DNA of 64,000 nucleotides from an uncultured bacterium (GTDB lineage Bacteria; Actinomycetota; Acidimicrobiia; Spongiisociales; ZC4RG35): NCBI GenBank assembly GCA_963792365.1, contig CAWBVW010000001.1, positions 359,312 to 423,311 of the forward strand, read 5' to 3'. Shown piece by piece: positions 63,879 to 64,000 of this stretch (position 1 is its first letter; each line of letters starts with the position of its first letter). The notes under the pieces were generated by a model. It saw only the letters and a program-made list of their open reading frames with translations, ran no database searches and was not told where the DNA came from. The position numbers and the translations under genes were made by a program.

Positions 63879-64000
63879 TCAGGTGAGGTCGGAGACCTGG
63901 GCGGTGAGCATCGCAACCAGATCGGATGAGGCGACCTCCACCTGCAGGCCACGTCGGCCTGCACTCACCAAGACCGTGTCGAACAGTTCGATTGTTTCGT
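63879..64000 (-). CDS. Partial CDS, C-terminal 40 aa only (gene continues beyond the window), unknown product
   Basis: The minus-strand frame open from 64000 to the stop at 63879 reads ...ETIELFDTVLVSAGRRGLQVEVASSDLVAMLTAQVSDLT*. Confidence 0.2.
   Translation of the reverse strand, partial: ETIELFDTVLVSAGRRGLQVEVASSDLVAMLTAQVSDLT

Overview
This 64-kb window is high-GC (~68-70%) and gene-dense, and looks actinobacterial. The evidence is mycobacteria-like synteny (ftsH-folP-folB-folK ... panC-coaX-lysS, and hpt-tilS-DUF2342 protease), a sigH/rshA-type ECF sigma with a zinc anti-sigma factor, a mycothiol-type DinB enzyme and DUF222 HNH remnants. About 64 protein genes and one tRNA-Thr(CGT) are supportable. 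Nearly every gene carries a long antisense ORF of Arg/Gly/Pro-rich composition, typical of GC-rich DNA, and these were ignored.

The first 12.7 kb is a flagellar and regulatory island. It holds flhB-flhA (ATGA-coupled), a protein with only the FlhF N-domain, two tandem HDOD paralogs, fliA (sigma-28), a convergent pair of FlgN-like paralogs around flgN-flgK-flgL-fliW-csrA, a degenerate GGDEF protein and flbD. Housekeeping genes follow: lysS, coaX, panC, a folate operon with a FolK-membrane domain fusion, ftsH, hpt, tilS, sigH-rshA, tmk-holB and topA.

The middle of the window is accessory-like. It has an S8 peptidase ending in ~17 tandem GGTWS pentapeptides (15-bp DNA repeats), a membrane GAF-GGDEF-EAL protein, a triple SLH-like surface protein, PIN-PhoH (PhoH2) with a coupled upstream mini-ORF, and a MerB-like protein. 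The H+-pyrophosphatase gene hppA and an LCP gene sit together, bracketed by inverted heptanucleotide repeat arrays. The rest is PolX, a second FtsH behind a ~1-kb non-coding leader with internal direct repeats, an MrfA-like DUF1998 helicase, a frameshifted DUF222-HNH pseudogene, soluble pyrophosphatase, DJ-1, DUF480 and glnII.

The most interesting signals are:
- the c-di-GMP-flavoured flagellar module (HDOD x2, degenerate GGDEF, FlhF-N protein);
- the repeat-bearing S8 / GGDEF-EAL / SLH surface cluster;
- a perfect 24-bp palindrome downstream of folK;
- recurring 7-nt tandem arrays in intergenic spots;
- the long repeated leader of the second ftsH.

All calls rest on reading the translated ORFs and the DNA by eye. 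No database search was run.
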